Translations under genes and position numbers: made by a program
The notes under the pieces: generated by a model
Databases searched by the model: none
Told to the model about the DNA's origin: nothing
What the model saw: the letters and a program-made list of their open reading frames with translations, nothing else
Part shown: piece after piece, positions 22,195 through 33,160 of the stretch
Layout: each line of letters begins with the position of its first letter
How positions within the stretch are numbered: position 1 is the first letter of the stretch
IMG/VR virus record: IMGVR_UViG_3300025652_000049
Coordinates: 1 to 64,000 of that record
DNA from: a virus
Direction: 5' to 3' (one strand)
DNA: 64,000 bases

Positions 22195-22563
22195 TCACAC
22201 GTTATTAAAATCATTTATTGATTTTAAACAATGATCCTTATCTAATATATCCAAAAACAAACACATCCCAGAGCCTATTTTAGTTAGTGTTCCGTCCCTT
22301 TGGTTTTTACCTAAAGCGCTGGAAATAGTTTCTCTTTTGTCTCCAAAAAGATAACCGCCTTCTTTCCTAAAAAGTAGATTCCAAGTTGCTCTGTAAGCAT
22401 AGTTCCCAAAGACGTCAACTGCGATAGCGTGTTGCTTCCAGTACTCATTAGTAACTATAAAGAACCCTTTCGCTTTGACGTGTTGAATCAAAACGATAGG
22501 GAAATTTATAATCCACATTATTGAGAATAAAATATATGATATGAAGGCTAAAATAAATCCCAA
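22195..22563 (-). CDS. Hypothetical phage membrane protein
   Basis: N-terminal TM; D..GN...ETISSALGK...LD.DHC motif recurrent in tail/lysis-associated phage proteins. Confidence 0.5.
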   Translation of the reverse strand: MGFILAFISYILFSIMWIINFPIVLIQHVKAKGFFIVTNEYWKQHAIAVDVFGNYAYRATWNLLFRKEGGYLFGDKRETISSALGKNQRDGTLTKIGSGMCLFLDILDKDHCLKSINDFNNV

Positions 22564-22974
22564 TTAAACCAATATCTCCCAATCCTGAGCCGTTGTTCCG
22601 TATATTGGCTCTCCTTGCGTTACAATTAACATCGCTCTTCCTTGCAAAATACTTAATTGTGAACTAAAACTTTCACCTATTTCTATTGGGTCTCCAATTG
22701 CAACAAATAGCCCATCAATCATTTCGTAAGAATAAAACACTGCTCTACTAACAAGTTTTTCAACAACTGTCAAAACATCTATTAAAATCGTTTCTTCTGG
22801 ATTGTCAGGGTCAACCACTTCTGTTTCTATGTATTTAACTGCTGTATCTGTTACAATAGCATTGAACCCGTTTTTTCCTTTTATCTCGTCAAAGCTGTCA
22901 ATTGCTACTTGAACTAGACAAGCCTTTCCATCCCTAGTCGTGTATGCATTTACTTTTGTTATGATTTTGCTCAT
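22564..22974 (-). CDS. Hypothetical protein, possible tail fibre assembly chaperone
   Basis: 136-aa acidic ORF immediately after a tail fibre gene. Confidence 0.35.
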   Translation of the reverse strand: MSKIITKVNAYTTRDGKACLVQVAIDSFDEIKGKNGFNAIVTDTAVKYIETEVVDPDNPEETILIDVLTVVEKLVSRAVFYSYEMIDGLFVAIGDPIEIGESFSSQLSILQGRAMLIVTQGEPIYGTTAQDWEILV

Positions 22975-22994
22975 TTTAATATTTGTTATTTAAT

Positions 22995-25900
22995 TTACGT
23001 TAATCTTCTATGAACGGCGCCCGTGGAACTATTTATATAGCCGAAGCCTACCGCTACCCCGCCAGTATTTGCGGCCGCGTCGTCGGCGTACGAACCTAGG
23101 CCGGTAAGGTCTAGTTTTCCCATTTTCACAATACCGGGAAATTCTGCTTTTGCGCCGTTGGCGTCCGAAGTTGTCATTATTAGGACTTCGTCTTCGGAGG
23201 AGGGAAGGTCTTTTCTGTTTTGTATAGTAAAAATAGTTTTCGCCGTTCTACCTGAGTATGACCCCCTATTTCTAAACCGTATAATTTTTTCGTTTGTGTC
23301 TACGCCAGATAAGGCTTGAAGCAAAAAGTCGTGTCCGTTATTTTCGTCTTCGTGTCTTAAAACCGCTATAACTACTAATTTGCTTTCTGCTTTGCTGTAA
23401 AAGCCGCCCGTACTTTGGAACCTATCCGAAGTAAACCCCAAATAGGAATGTACCCCAGCCGCTGCAACTAGCAAAGCGTTAACTTTTGCCCCGTTATTAT
23501 AAATAGCGGTATATAGTTCGGAATAGTAGCCCGCCTGTAGCCTGTTAGACATTGCGTATATCTCATATTGAGTTATCGGGACGTTTGCGGACACGCTGTC
23601 GCCCATTGTTACCCCCTTAATAGTTAAGCGGTCGCCCCTTGAATTGTTATCGTTGTCAAAGGCGTTAAAACCTATCTCTAGTTCTCCAAGTATCCCAAAA
23701 TAATCGACTAAAAGCTTCGCTAGTACTTTATTGTTTGGGGCGTCGAAAGTGAAACCATCAAAAAGAATTTCATCACCAATGAATTGTGAAATTCCACTTC
23801 CATCTTTTACATTTAATTGGGTTCCTTTGTAATTGTAAAGGTATTTTGTGACAACCATAGTTGCCTTTTTTTCGTTTATCATTTCCGCATTTGTGGAAAA
23901 TTCACCATATAAACTGACAATAATATTGTTAATGTCAACAATAATACTTGACATCAAAGGACTGTTTGGTGTTTTTGCCTGATATGAACAATGACCAACA
24001 GTTGCCAAAATAACGCCTGTGTAATTGATTGTAGTTCCACCACCACCATCATAAATCAGAAAACCGCTTGCATTGTCTTGATAAATATATGTATTTGTCA
24101 GTACATTGTAATAGTTTGAGTTTCCTCTTAAAACTCCTTTGACTGCACCGTAAACCTTTATCACACAATCAATCAACTTGACTTGATTTGAAAAAACCCA
24201 ACTTCCTGATGTATTTATGAAAGTGGCGTTTCCTTCAAAATTCCAATTTGTTCCGTTAAATTCAACAATTCCGTCAATAATAGAATCTTTAAATTTTACA
24301 AAACAATTAGTACTTGAACTCCTGACTAGTAAACTTTTAGCACCAACAGTGACATCTCCTAATTCAATTTCAATATTATTTGCTATATAAGTAATTTGAA
24401 ATGAATTTGCAGCTTCAATCTTTCCTATTTTTATTTTTACACCTAATCCCGTTGTGTCTGATTCAATAAGTTTTGATGCAGTTGTTGAAATTATTGTTCC
24501 AAAGGTTAAATTGCAAATTCTTAATACATCAAAAGGTCTGTAAAGTGCAGTGCCTTCAAGATACAATGTTTCAACATTCATGTCAAGTGCTTTTGGAAGT
24601 TCAAGTCTTGTGTTTGAACCAATAAACATTGTTTTGACGCTGAAAGTCCAATCAGAACGAACCATGTAAATTTCTGCAACATTTGGTGTTGACATTCTTA
24701 AAGTTCCATTTGGAAGGTCAAACATCATGAAGGTGTTTGATTGAACAATTGGTTCATATAAGTCACCAACAATTGGACTTCCATCAAATGAAATTGTTGC
24801 AGTTTCCTTTGTGAAAAATCTGATGTTTTTATTTGCAGGAATAATTGCGTTTATTGGATATGTTCCACTTGTTAAAAGTTCGACTGTCCAAAATTTTGTT
24901 CCTGTTGGAATTGCTGAAATTGCTGAATCAATTGTTTCATATGGAAAAGTCACTGAATTTGGTTCTGCAGTTGCATCATTTCCATTTGCTTCATCAACAA
25001 ATAATGTGTTTGCAAGGCTCACACTTGTCACAAAAGGATTTATACCATCTTCACCAACATTGTTTAATGTAGACGTTTTGTCTCGAACATCTTTGTCGGC
25101 TCCTGCTGTTGACAAATCAATATATTTAATATTTACAGTGTCCATAACAGGACTTATAATTTTAAGCCTTAGATTTTCTGTAAGAGTAATGGGGGTTAAG
25201 GTATCCTTTAAAACCCCATCCCACAATACTGTCATCAATCCACCTACATACTTAAAAGTAAAAGTAGTATTGAAAAAATCTGCATAATCTAAAGCAGCAA
25301 AATCCGATTGTACACCATTAACGTAATAAACACTTAAAACAGAGGTCGGATTTGGACGAAATTCAGCCCCATAGACTTGACTTCCAGCACCATTAATTAA
25401 CTGTAGGTCTGAAATGTAATCGCCATTTCCTGAAGCACCAGCATCTCCAAGTGGAGTCTCCTGCATTTTCCATTCAAAAAGCCAATCTTTAGTATAGTCA
25501 AGTTCTTGTGTCCAAATTCCTATTCCATTTTGTTGAAAAACAGTAATTTTTGCTGCCCCTTCTTGCGAAACATCTAACCTTGTAAGGTCAATCCATTCAC
25601 CACTAGAAGGGATATATAATGTTCCGCTTACAATTTGAATCTTATCTACGTAAGTAATAGCACCTGTTCCATTATTGTTATCCAAAGTAAGGTCATAACT
25701 ACCTTCAGTAGCTATAGTTGTCAAATTAACCCTAAATGTATTATCGTCTATAAATAAAGTACTTGTAATAGTATTTCCCTCAATAACGACAGTCATATTT
25801 TCGGTAAAATAAGAACCTTTTAAAATGAAGTACGTGGGATTTGATGGTAAAGTACTAACTTGCCTAACCTCTTCTAAATAAGGAGCTTGTAAACTTGTTG

Positions 25901-26810
25901 TATCTATAAAAGGATTTATACCGTCATCACCATTATTGATAAGCTGATTTGTGTAAGCAGGAACTTCGGGGTCTGTAGAATCTCCCGCAGGAAAAATTCT
26001 AAAGTCTGTCGTAAATACTGTTGCAAATCCTGTACCTATCTCCTCTCCTTGACCTAAGTACAACCAAAGAGTTTCAGTACCATTTTGAATAGCTCTGAAA
26101 ATAACTGTTGCACTATTAGGAGTACTGTAAGGACCATTGGCAGTAACAAAATCCCAGACATCTGCTGCTCCTATATCTCCAAGATCAAACTCAGTGGGTG
26201 CAACATTACGAGAGTCAATCGTATTAAAATATTGGACATCTACTTCGGTTAATACTGTTCCAGAACCTATATTTACATACGGTTTTGTTAGAGTATAAAG
26301 AGTTCTTACAATAGCATAGTCGGGTTGCCCTGTTAATTCTATACCTTCTCCATTAGCTAATACAATTCGAGTAGTTACAAAGATTGCTACAGCACCCACA
26401 GTTAGGGGAGTAGAGGGTAAAGCATTTAAGGCTATAATTGTTTTTGCCTTCTCTGTTTTAGTAGCATCATTAAAGTCAATTTCAACTCCTATTGAACTAA
26501 CAGGAACATTAGTAGTACTAGCCCCGTTACCTCCCGAGGCCTCAAGAAAAAAACCATTAGAAGCACAGTAATCTACGAAAGCTTCAGCATTGGCTGTTCC
26601 ATAATTATTATCTAAGTCTGCGAAAGCTATTGATAATACAGGATTAGATTTAGAAGGTGGTTCAATATTAAACGTTCCTTCTCTATTGGAATTATATGTT
26701 ATTTGAGCCCCATCATTGTAGACATATACCTCTTTTTTTGTTGGATCAGCGGTATTCCACGTTTTTATAACGGTAGCTCCCGGCTTTGTGATTGATACTA
26801 CTTGTGACAT
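22995..26810 (-). CDS. Tail fibre/spike receptor-binding protein (mosaic)
   Basis: 1271 aa; Ig/IPT-like segment, LFVDEANGND..PYETIDSAI beta-helix start motif, C-terminal YADDAAA..GGVAVG..Y trimerisation-like tail. Confidence 0.75.
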   Translation of the reverse strand: MSQVVSITKPGATVIKTWNTADPTKKEVYVYNDGAQITYNSNREGTFNIEPPSKSNPVLSIAFADLDNNYGTANAEAFVDYCASNGFFLEASGGNGASTTNVPVSSIGVEIDFNDATKTEKAKTIIALNALPSTPLTVGAVAIFVTTRIVLANGEGIELTGQPDYAIVRTLYTLTKPYVNIGSGTVLTEVDVQYFNTIDSRNVAPTEFDLGDIGAADVWDFVTANGPYSTPNSATVIFRAIQNGTETLWLYLGQGEEIGTGFATVFTTDFRIFPAGDSTDPEVPAYTNQLINNGDDGINPFIDTTSLQAPYLEEVRQVSTLPSNPTYFILKGSYFTENMTVVIEGNTITSTLFIDDNTFRVNLTTIATEGSYDLTLDNNNGTGAITYVDKIQIVSGTLYIPSSGEWIDLTRLDVSQEGAAKITVFQQNGIGIWTQELDYTKDWLFEWKMQETPLGDAGASGNGDYISDLQLINGAGSQVYGAEFRPNPTSVLSVYYVNGVQSDFAALDYADFFNTTFTFKYVGGLMTVLWDGVLKDTLTPITLTENLRLKIISPVMDTVNIKYIDLSTAGADKDVRDKTSTLNNVGEDGINPFVTSVSLANTLFVDEANGNDATAEPNSVTFPYETIDSAISAIPTGTKFWTVELLTSGTYPINAIIPANKNIRFFTKETATISFDGSPIVGDLYEPIVQSNTFMMFDLPNGTLRMSTPNVAEIYMVRSDWTFSVKTMFIGSNTRLELPKALDMNVETLYLEGTALYRPFDVLRICNLTFGTIISTTASKLIESDTTGLGVKIKIGKIEAANSFQITYIANNIEIELGDVTVGAKSLLVRSSSTNCFVKFKDSIIDGIVEFNGTNWNFEGNATFINTSGSWVFSNQVKLIDCVIKVYGAVKGVLRGNSNYYNVLTNTYIYQDNASGFLIYDGGGGTTINYTGVILATVGHCSYQAKTPNSPLMSSIIVDINNIIVSLYGEFSTNAEMINEKKATMVVTKYLYNYKGTQLNVKDGSGISQFIGDEILFDGFTFDAPNNKVLAKLLVDYFGILGELEIGFNAFDNDNNSRGDRLTIKGVTMGDSVSANVPITQYEIYAMSNRLQAGYYSELYTAIYNNGAKVNALLVAAAGVHSYLGFTSDRFQSTGGFYSKAESKLVVIAVLRHEDENNGHDFLLQALSGVDTNEKIIRFRNRGSYSGRTAKTIFTIQNRKDLPSSEDEVLIMTTSDANGAKAEFPGIVKMGKLDLTGLGSYADDAAANTGGVAVGFGYINSSTGAVHRRLT

Positions 26811-26813
26811 AAT

Positions 26814-27806
26814 TTAAAGATTTGTTATTAATTGAACTGTGTTTGTTGCACTAACTAATGCTGGATTACCGTCTATGCTTATAAGATTCACGTCTATTTG
26901 ACCTGTCTTTGCTCCTGGTGCATCCACCACAATTATATTGCTTATTTTAATTTTAGCATTTCCGTTGACATCTAATTTTGCGTTGAGGTTAAAAGTTCCG
27001 TCAACTGTATATAGTGTTTCATCGCCATTTATATTTACAATAATATTATTCCAAACATTTAACGCAAGATACGGAGATAAAATAACAACGTCAATATTCG
27101 ATATTCCAAGAGAAGATCCTTTTGTAATATCAATAAATAAACTTTGATTTTTTACTGGGTAAACCGTAGGGATACCACCATCATCAAAAGTGTCTGAATA
27201 CTCTGTTACAAACTCCACACCATCAGCTGCAATTTCAGCTAAGGAATCGACATTAAGCTCGTAAGTATATATAGCTGGCTCTATTGCATTAAACTGTCCA
27301 ACTTTATAAGTCATACTAAAATATGGTAGTCCACCTCCAGTTGCTCCAACTGTATAGATTGCATAAAATAAATATTGAACATTTATAATTTGTCCAACAT
27401 AAACATTTGAACCATTAAAAACTAATGAGGGAACGCCTGACAGTGAAACTATCTCGATAACCTCCACAGTTCCGTTTATAGGAAAAGCATCAAGGAGGCT
27501 CTCTGTAAATGAATTTAAAACTGTTTTAACAACTGATACAGATTCAGGACTATCTTCGATTATAGACTTCCATTCTAGGTAAGAAACGGTTTCGGATCCA
27601 ATCGTTTCAGAAACATCGTTAATAGCTCTCCATTTAAAAGGTGCTTTTACATAGAATTCATCTAACAATGCTATTCTTTTAAAATTAACATTACTCTGGT
27701 CTGTTATAGGATAACGAGTGTCAATCAACAAAGGAGTTGCTGAAATTTCACTGATAACAATGTTTTCATCTGGTAACTCTAATATTTCGAAATGAGTAAT
27801 TGCCAT
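26814..27806 (-). CDS. Beta-rich structural tail protein
   Basis: 330 aa between two fibre genes. Confidence 0.5.
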   Translation of the reverse strand: MAITHFEILELPDENIVISEISATPLLIDTRYPITDQSNVNFKRIALLDEFYVKAPFKWRAINDVSETIGSETVSYLEWKSIIEDSPESVSVVKTVLNSFTESLLDAFPINGTVEVIEIVSLSGVPSLVFNGSNVYVGQIINVQYLFYAIYTVGATGGGLPYFSMTYKVGQFNAIEPAIYTYELNVDSLAEIAADGVEFVTEYSDTFDDGGIPTVYPVKNQSLFIDITKGSSLGISNIDVVILSPYLALNVWNNIIVNINGDETLYTVDGTFNLNAKLDVNGNAKIKISNIIVVDAPGAKTGQIDVNLISIDGNPALVSATNTVQLITNL

Positions 27807-27833
27807 TATATTGTTATATTGATTTGATCACTA

Positions 27834-30800
27834 TTATCTTTCTTCTACTGTAATATCTGAATTTAATTCAGCAGTTATATTATTAGTGGCTGCTACGTTT
27901 GCTACTTGTAGCTTAACATAGTCATTTTTATCTAAAATGATATTTGTTATTATCGTATAAAAAGCCACATCTCTACCGCCTTGCAAATTATTAACCACTC
28001 TTCTTGTAATTTTATAATCTACAAATCCGCTTGCTGAATCATCCCATACAACTACTTTTAAATCTAATTCATCTCCAGAAGTAGAAACTAATATTCCTTC
28101 AAATATAACCTTAAACTCTCTTGGTGAATTCCCTAAGTGTCTAAGTTGTCCATTTAAGGGAACATCAAAATGTTGTAAATCTGAATCTACAAAAGTTCCA
28201 AGTAAATCTACAAATACTCCTGGAGTAGTTATGACGCTTTCCACTTCTACTGTTAAGCTTAGACTACCTCCTACAAAAGTGTTTTGTATTCCTACATTAC
28301 CTTGCCATATACTTTCAAGATTAGTTTGTGATATATTAGGGATTAATGTTGCATCACCAGCATTTATAACACCATTTCGAGTTACTAAACATTTATCTAA
28401 TTGCAATGTACTAGGATTTGTAAAATTAGCTGGGGCAAAGTCTAATAAAGCAACTGTAGCATTTAAGTCTACATTCTGATTAGACCTAAACCTTGATGCC
28501 ATTGTAAATCCTGTTCCTGCTTCATATAGTGCATAAGCTCCGTCTGTTAAACCCCTAACTATTGAAGCATCTATAAAAAAGCCACCTGACCAAACACCTG
28601 ATAAAATCAAATTTGGAGTACCACCAAATCTACCTGTTCCTGTTTCTAACCCTTGTCTGTAGTTATCAATTTCACCTAATGAAGTACAATTATTAAAATT
28701 TATTCTATCTATTTCAAATGCTTCATTCCCAGTATCACTTACAATATCTAAAACCTGTGAGCCTGCACCAGTAACTTCTATTTTAAAATCTTTCCAAAGA
28801 ATATCACCAGAACCTCCGATAGGACTTGTAAACATAGTATAAGCTGCTTCTGAAGATGTTAGTCCACTTATATTAAAATCATATCCTTTAATATTCATCC
28901 CTCCAGCAGGAACTTCTATTGATACTGCTCCCAAATCTATTACACCATCAAGAAAATATTCCTTCGTAGAGTCTATTGTAGCACCTAGTGTAGTTGCTAT
29001 ATTTGCTTGATTACAAATAATTTGATTACTAAAAGTCATTGGCAACAACTTAGAGAGAATCCACTCAACAGTTGTAAGTTCTTTTCCTGAAGCTGCGTTT
29101 AAAACAGCTGTAGTCATCATATCTGCTGTTATGGTACCTGTAACTCCTTGAACTTGAAATGCCTCATTAAATATATTAAGATCACCTAATGAGTTTCCAA
29201 TCAAAATTTTATAATCTCCATTTTGACCAACAGTATCGAATCTATCTCCATAAGATTGAACAGTAGTTTTCTCTCTTAGATTTGCTTGAGCATTAGTTTT
29301 TGAAAATACAAACATTCCAATATAAGGAGTTGCGTAAAGCTCTGGGCTACTTAACCTAGCTTTAAATCCTGCTATAGCAGAAGCTCCTTCATTTCCATTT
29401 GCAACATCATACCCAACATATCCATTAGTGTCTTTTTCAACCATAAACCCATGTAAGTCTGTTTTGACTGGCTTTAATCTATCTCCAGTAAAAGAGTCAT
29501 TTGTTTTTCTTTCAAGAGGTTCTATTACAGAAACAATAGGTCTTTCTGGATCTGTTGAATCAATAGATATTCCACTACCAGGTAAAACTTCTTTTACAAA
29601 GATATCCGGAGATGTAACTACAGGTACGCCACCTTGTATGTTTACTCTATCAATATTAATATCATTGTTGTTTGTAAAGGATATAGAAATTCCATCGTAT
29701 TGTGTTTCTCCTGAATTATCAACAACAAATAATGAAAGTGGTATATTGATTACATGCCAGTCTGTGCTTTGGATAATAAAACCATAACTCTGCATTTCAA
29801 ATAAAGATACAGTTTTAATGAAATTAGCCCCACTAACACTGTTAGTAAGTTTAAACTCAAATACTGTATCTCTGAAACTAGTAACATTATTTATAATACT
29901 AAATATAAAATTGTTTTCTCTAACATAAGTAGTTAGTGAACCTCTATCCCAAAATATTGTTCTAGGAAAAGTATTTGCTAATGTTTCGGGTATATTTACG
30001 CTTTTAGTTCCAGTAAATGGAGCTATTGAAACGTCATTAAAGTTTATTCCAGCTGAACTTGTTCCTGTCCATTCAATATTTTCATCAAAAACAAGGTCAA
30101 TAGTTGCTGTTGGGTCTACAACAGCATTAGCTAGTACGGTTCTTCTTGAAAGAATAACTTCCCTGGTTAAATCTATAGTTGGCTCAACAGGATCTCCAGA
30201 CGGGTCTCCTTCACGAACTGTAATTATAGGATTACTCAGGTTTAAATCTAATCGAAGTATAATGAGGTCAATTCTATTAAATGTAACGTCTCCATTAGTA
30301 AGTGTGATTCTTTTTGATGCAAATAAATTGTAATCTAACTGATTTATAATATACTTAGAACAAAAGACGTCATATACAAATCCAGAAACCCAAGATACTC
30401 CAAAATCAATAGGTGCATTAGCTCTGTAAATATCAGCTAGGGTTAATGCTTTTTTAAGTTGAAGATAATAATCACCTTCTAAAAGAGGATTTGCAGTTAC
30501 TATAGGGGCGTAGCCCTCTTTGCCATAATATGTACTATCTAAAACATCATGTAAGTCTACAAAAGATTTTACACTATAAACAAAGAAATTAAACGATCTA
30601 CCACTATAATCTATACCATCAACAATAGGTGTACTAGGATAAGTATAATCTTGAGCCATAACAGAAATTCCTGTCTCTGACACTTTTCTTTCTCTCCAAA
30701 TATATGCATATTCATTATTAGCAACATAAGCGATCATACCTTCATAGAAGGTATAAAAATCAGAACTTTCAGTTCCACTAAGGTCTTGTATTTCTTGAAG

Positions 30801-30878
30801 TGTTTGAAAATGTTCTTTTGGATTTAACGGAGTTTGTGTTATCGGCCGTATTCCAGTTGTTAAGTCTATAAATGGCAT
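27834..30878 (-). CDS. Tail fibre / tail hub structural protein
   Basis: 1014 aa; N-terminal YEGMI.YV..E..YIW and NRIDLI motifs; carbohydrate-binding-like WHVINIPLS; beta-helix-like C-terminal half. Confidence 0.65.
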   Translation of the reverse strand: MPFIDLTTGIRPITQTPLNPKEHFQTLQEIQDLSGTESSDFYTFYEGMIAYVANNEYAYIWRERKVSETGISVMAQDYTYPSTPIVDGIDYSGRSFNFFVYSVKSFVDLHDVLDSTYYGKEGYAPIVTANPLLEGDYYLQLKKALTLADIYRANAPIDFGVSWVSGFVYDVFCSKYIINQLDYNLFASKRITLTNGDVTFNRIDLIILRLDLNLSNPIITVREGDPSGDPVEPTIDLTREVILSRRTVLANAVVDPTATIDLVFDENIEWTGTSSAGINFNDVSIAPFTGTKSVNIPETLANTFPRTIFWDRGSLTTYVRENNFIFSIINNVTSFRDTVFEFKLTNSVSGANFIKTVSLFEMQSYGFIIQSTDWHVINIPLSLFVVDNSGETQYDGISISFTNNNDINIDRVNIQGGVPVVTSPDIFVKEVLPGSGISIDSTDPERPIVSVIEPLERKTNDSFTGDRLKPVKTDLHGFMVEKDTNGYVGYDVANGNEGASAIAGFKARLSSPELYATPYIGMFVFSKTNAQANLREKTTVQSYGDRFDTVGQNGDYKILIGNSLGDLNIFNEAFQVQGVTGTITADMMTTAVLNAASGKELTTVEWILSKLLPMTFSNQIICNQANIATTLGATIDSTKEYFLDGVIDLGAVSIEVPAGGMNIKGYDFNISGLTSSEAAYTMFTSPIGGSGDILWKDFKIEVTGAGSQVLDIVSDTGNEAFEIDRINFNNCTSLGEIDNYRQGLETGTGRFGGTPNLILSGVWSGGFFIDASIVRGLTDGAYALYEAGTGFTMASRFRSNQNVDLNATVALLDFAPANFTNPSTLQLDKCLVTRNGVINAGDATLIPNISQTNLESIWQGNVGIQNTFVGGSLSLTVEVESVITTPGVFVDLLGTFVDSDLQHFDVPLNGQLRHLGNSPREFKVIFEGILVSTSGDELDLKVVVWDDSASGFVDYKITRRVVNNLQGGRDVAFYTIITNIILDKNDYVKLQVANVAATNNITAELNSDITVEER

Positions 30879-30883
30879 AATTC

Positions 30884-31936
30884 TTAGATAAATTTATAAT
30901 AGATTTCACCTTCAATATAATGAACTTTAGATATATAAATCTGTAACTCTAAAGTAGGATTGTAATATTTATCAAATACAACATCTGTAATATCAGCTCC
31001 TAAAGAATCCATGATTCTATATACATCTTCTGCAACGTTTGTAATTCCAAAAGCTACTCGCCCTACGTTTACGTATGGAATTATTTGACCTAGTTCAAGA
31101 TTAGCTATTGGTACTTGAGATTGATTGTTTAGAAACGCTTGATCTATTGATGGCGCGTTTGAAATATCTGAAAACAATTCATCATATTGCCAATAATAAA
31201 CATCAACATCAACGACTGTTGATGGTATAGAAGGATTTATGTGTTCTGGAATAGAACAGAAACATTTTCCCCTATCATCACTGTAAATCAATATATCTCT
31301 ATAACTCATTTTCCACAAATCAGCTATCTTATTCCACTCTAATTCTGTAGACGGCCACATGTCGTCACCTCTTGCCTCGGCAAGCCTATCGTGATAAAAC
31401 CTTTCAAACTCTCTGTAAACATTTAAAGAGCCTTCTTTTCCATTCCATATCTTAGGACGATATAGCATATAGGTTAATCCAGCAACAACTGCTTCAGTAT
31501 GATTCTCTGTAGTTACAGGATTACCCTCATTGTCTAGAATTAAAGTCCAATAAATAAGGCTAAACTCTTCAATAGGTTTACATATGAAAATATAATTACC
31601 TTGTACCGTATAGTCTCCTGGACAAAGCCCTTCATTACACATACCGACTTCTTCAAGATAAAGAATATCTACGGGTAGCTTGGCTCTATATTGAGTTGTT
31701 CCTAGCGTATCGTCTACGATAATAGTATTCCCTAAAGGCGCATCAGTTTTAATACTGTCGTTAAGGACTTTGTAAGTAATTCTTTTGAGTATTGCGGTTC
31801 CACCATATCCTAAATCTTTTTCGACTTGGAATATCATTCGTCGAAGTTTTGGATAATGATTGCGAAGGTTAGTTATACCGGTGCTATCTTTAACGCGCTC
31901 GACAATGGTTTCGAATGGTACTAAGTTAGAGTACAT
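30884..31936 (-). CDS. Tubular tail / ring protein (P22 gp4-like, crAss Ttub) with C-terminal extension
   Basis: KLPVD, Y.VQGNYI and D.EGNP motifs; position after the IHF-like gene. Confidence 0.7.
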   Translation of the reverse strand: MYSNLVPFETIVERVKDSTGITNLRNHYPKLRRMIFQVEKDLGYGGTAILKRITYKVLNDSIKTDAPLGNTIIVDDTLGTTQYRAKLPVDILYLEEVGMCNEGLCPGDYTVQGNYIFICKPIEEFSLIYWTLILDNEGNPVTTENHTEAVVAGLTYMLYRPKIWNGKEGSLNVYREFERFYHDRLAEARGDDMWPSTELEWNKIADLWKMSYRDILIYSDDRGKCFCSIPEHINPSIPSTVVDVDVYYWQYDELFSDISNAPSIDQAFLNNQSQVPIANLELGQIIPYVNVGRVAFGITNVAEDVYRIMDSLGADITDVVFDKYYNPTLELQIYISKVHYIEGEIYYKFI

Positions 31937-32445
31937 ATAAAAAACATATTTTTATGACGAAATTTCCGCGTTTCATTGGTAAAGATAGGTAATATATCTT
32001 TATCATTTGCAGCAAGCCAAGAAGCTTCCATAAGCGGTATTTGATTGGTACTTCCAGTTAGCTTGTGTATATCTACCATATAAAATACATGTCTTGACGG
32101 ACGAAGGTACCAAAACCAACCTATTGAACCATCTGAACGAACGACCTGAGCATCTTGGTTTCCTCTTTTTTGTAAATTAATAAATGGTCTAAAAAGAACT
32201 TTTTTCATCCAACCACCAAGAGGGAAATAAATTGGAAACTTACTACTGTAGAAATCAAAAAAATAAAATTTCAAATACTGCTTAATGATTGTTTTAAATA
32301 AGGTAAACGGTACTAAGGTTTTTCTTTTTAATTTGGTTTTCTTACTAACAGCAAAATACCCCGGAGGGTATTTCAACTTTCTTTTCTCAAAAGTTTTGTG
32401 AAAATCTTTTATGTTTAAAACCTTATTAGTCGAGCTCTTTTCCAT
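31921..32445 (-). CDS. IHF/HU-like basic protein (crAss IHF_54-like)
   Basis: Very basic; FKTIIK...FPLGG pattern; conserved slot between gene 73 and Ttub; likely start MEKSS at 32445. Confidence 0.5.
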   Translation of the reverse strand: MEKSSTNKVLNIKDFHKTFEKRKLKYPPGYFAVSKKTKLKRKTLVPFTLFKTIIKQYLKFYFFDFYSSKFPIYFPLGGWMKKVLFRPFINLQKRGNQDAQVVRSDGSIGWFWYLRPSRHVFYMVDIHKLTGSTNQIPLMEASWLAANDKDILPIFTNETRKFRHKNMFFICTLT

Positions 32446-33160
32446 TTTGATATTGACCAGGGTTATCACGACCGTCACCTACCTCATCAGATTTTGTTCT
32501 TAAAAAAACATTGAAATCTCTAGCCGTTACTGAATTAATTAATTTGTCTAAAAGTTCATTAGGAAATGGATAAGCCGAAGTATTGAAGTCATAAAGAGCA
32601 TCATCATCTGGATTGACTAACACACCTCTCATTTTAATTGTTATTTTATTACCCAAAGCCTCTGTTGCTATGGCAGCAACAGCATTGTTTAAAACAGAAG
32701 GTAGATCTCCTAGTGGATTTCCAGTTTGCTGTATGCCTGTATATAAAATCATTTCTCTTCCAATGTATTGTATAGATGGATGAAATTTACCATAACGGTC
32801 ATACTTGTTATTTCTAAATTCTTCAGAATTTAAGAAAGAAACTATATAATGTTCTTTTTCAGCCATGAAGCCAAAATTTTCTTTAAATCTAATTACCGTA
32901 GGTATTGCGCTAGTGGCAATCCATTGGTTTCTTGTTAATGAGAATGTTACATCTCCTTGATTTGGACCTACGGCACCAAAGTTCTGAAAAACCTCATCTG
33001 GCAATTGCCTAGCATTTACATAATGCTCATTTAATATTCTACCTCTATGAGAAGCTAGATAAGCACGCATTAATCTTTCATTGATAGGATCGTCTTGGTT
33101 TTTTAAGCCAGCTCTTACAGTATCCCAAATTGTATTGATTATGTGTAGTTCGGTCTGCAT
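32426..33160 (-). CDS. crAss gene 73-like tail ring protein
   Basis: Gene order; GVLVNP...YPFP...I C-terminal motif. Confidence 0.65.
   Translation of the reverse strand: MQTELHIINTIWDTVRAGLKNQDDPINERLMRAYLASHRGRILNEHYVNARQLPDEVFQNFGAVGPNQGDVTFSLTRNQWIATSAIPTVIRFKENFGFMAEKEHYIVSFLNSEEFRNNKYDRYGKFHPSIQYIGREMILYTGIQQTGNPLGDLPSVLNNAVAAIATEALGNKITIKMRGVLVNPDDDALYDFNTSAYPFPNELLDKLINSVTARDFNVFLRTKSDEVGDGRDNPGQYQNGKELD

Noticed and set aside
22995-30878. Diversity-generating retroelement or invertase-driven fibre switching
   Set aside because: No reverse transcriptase, recombinase, TR/VR pair or inverted cassette seen in this window
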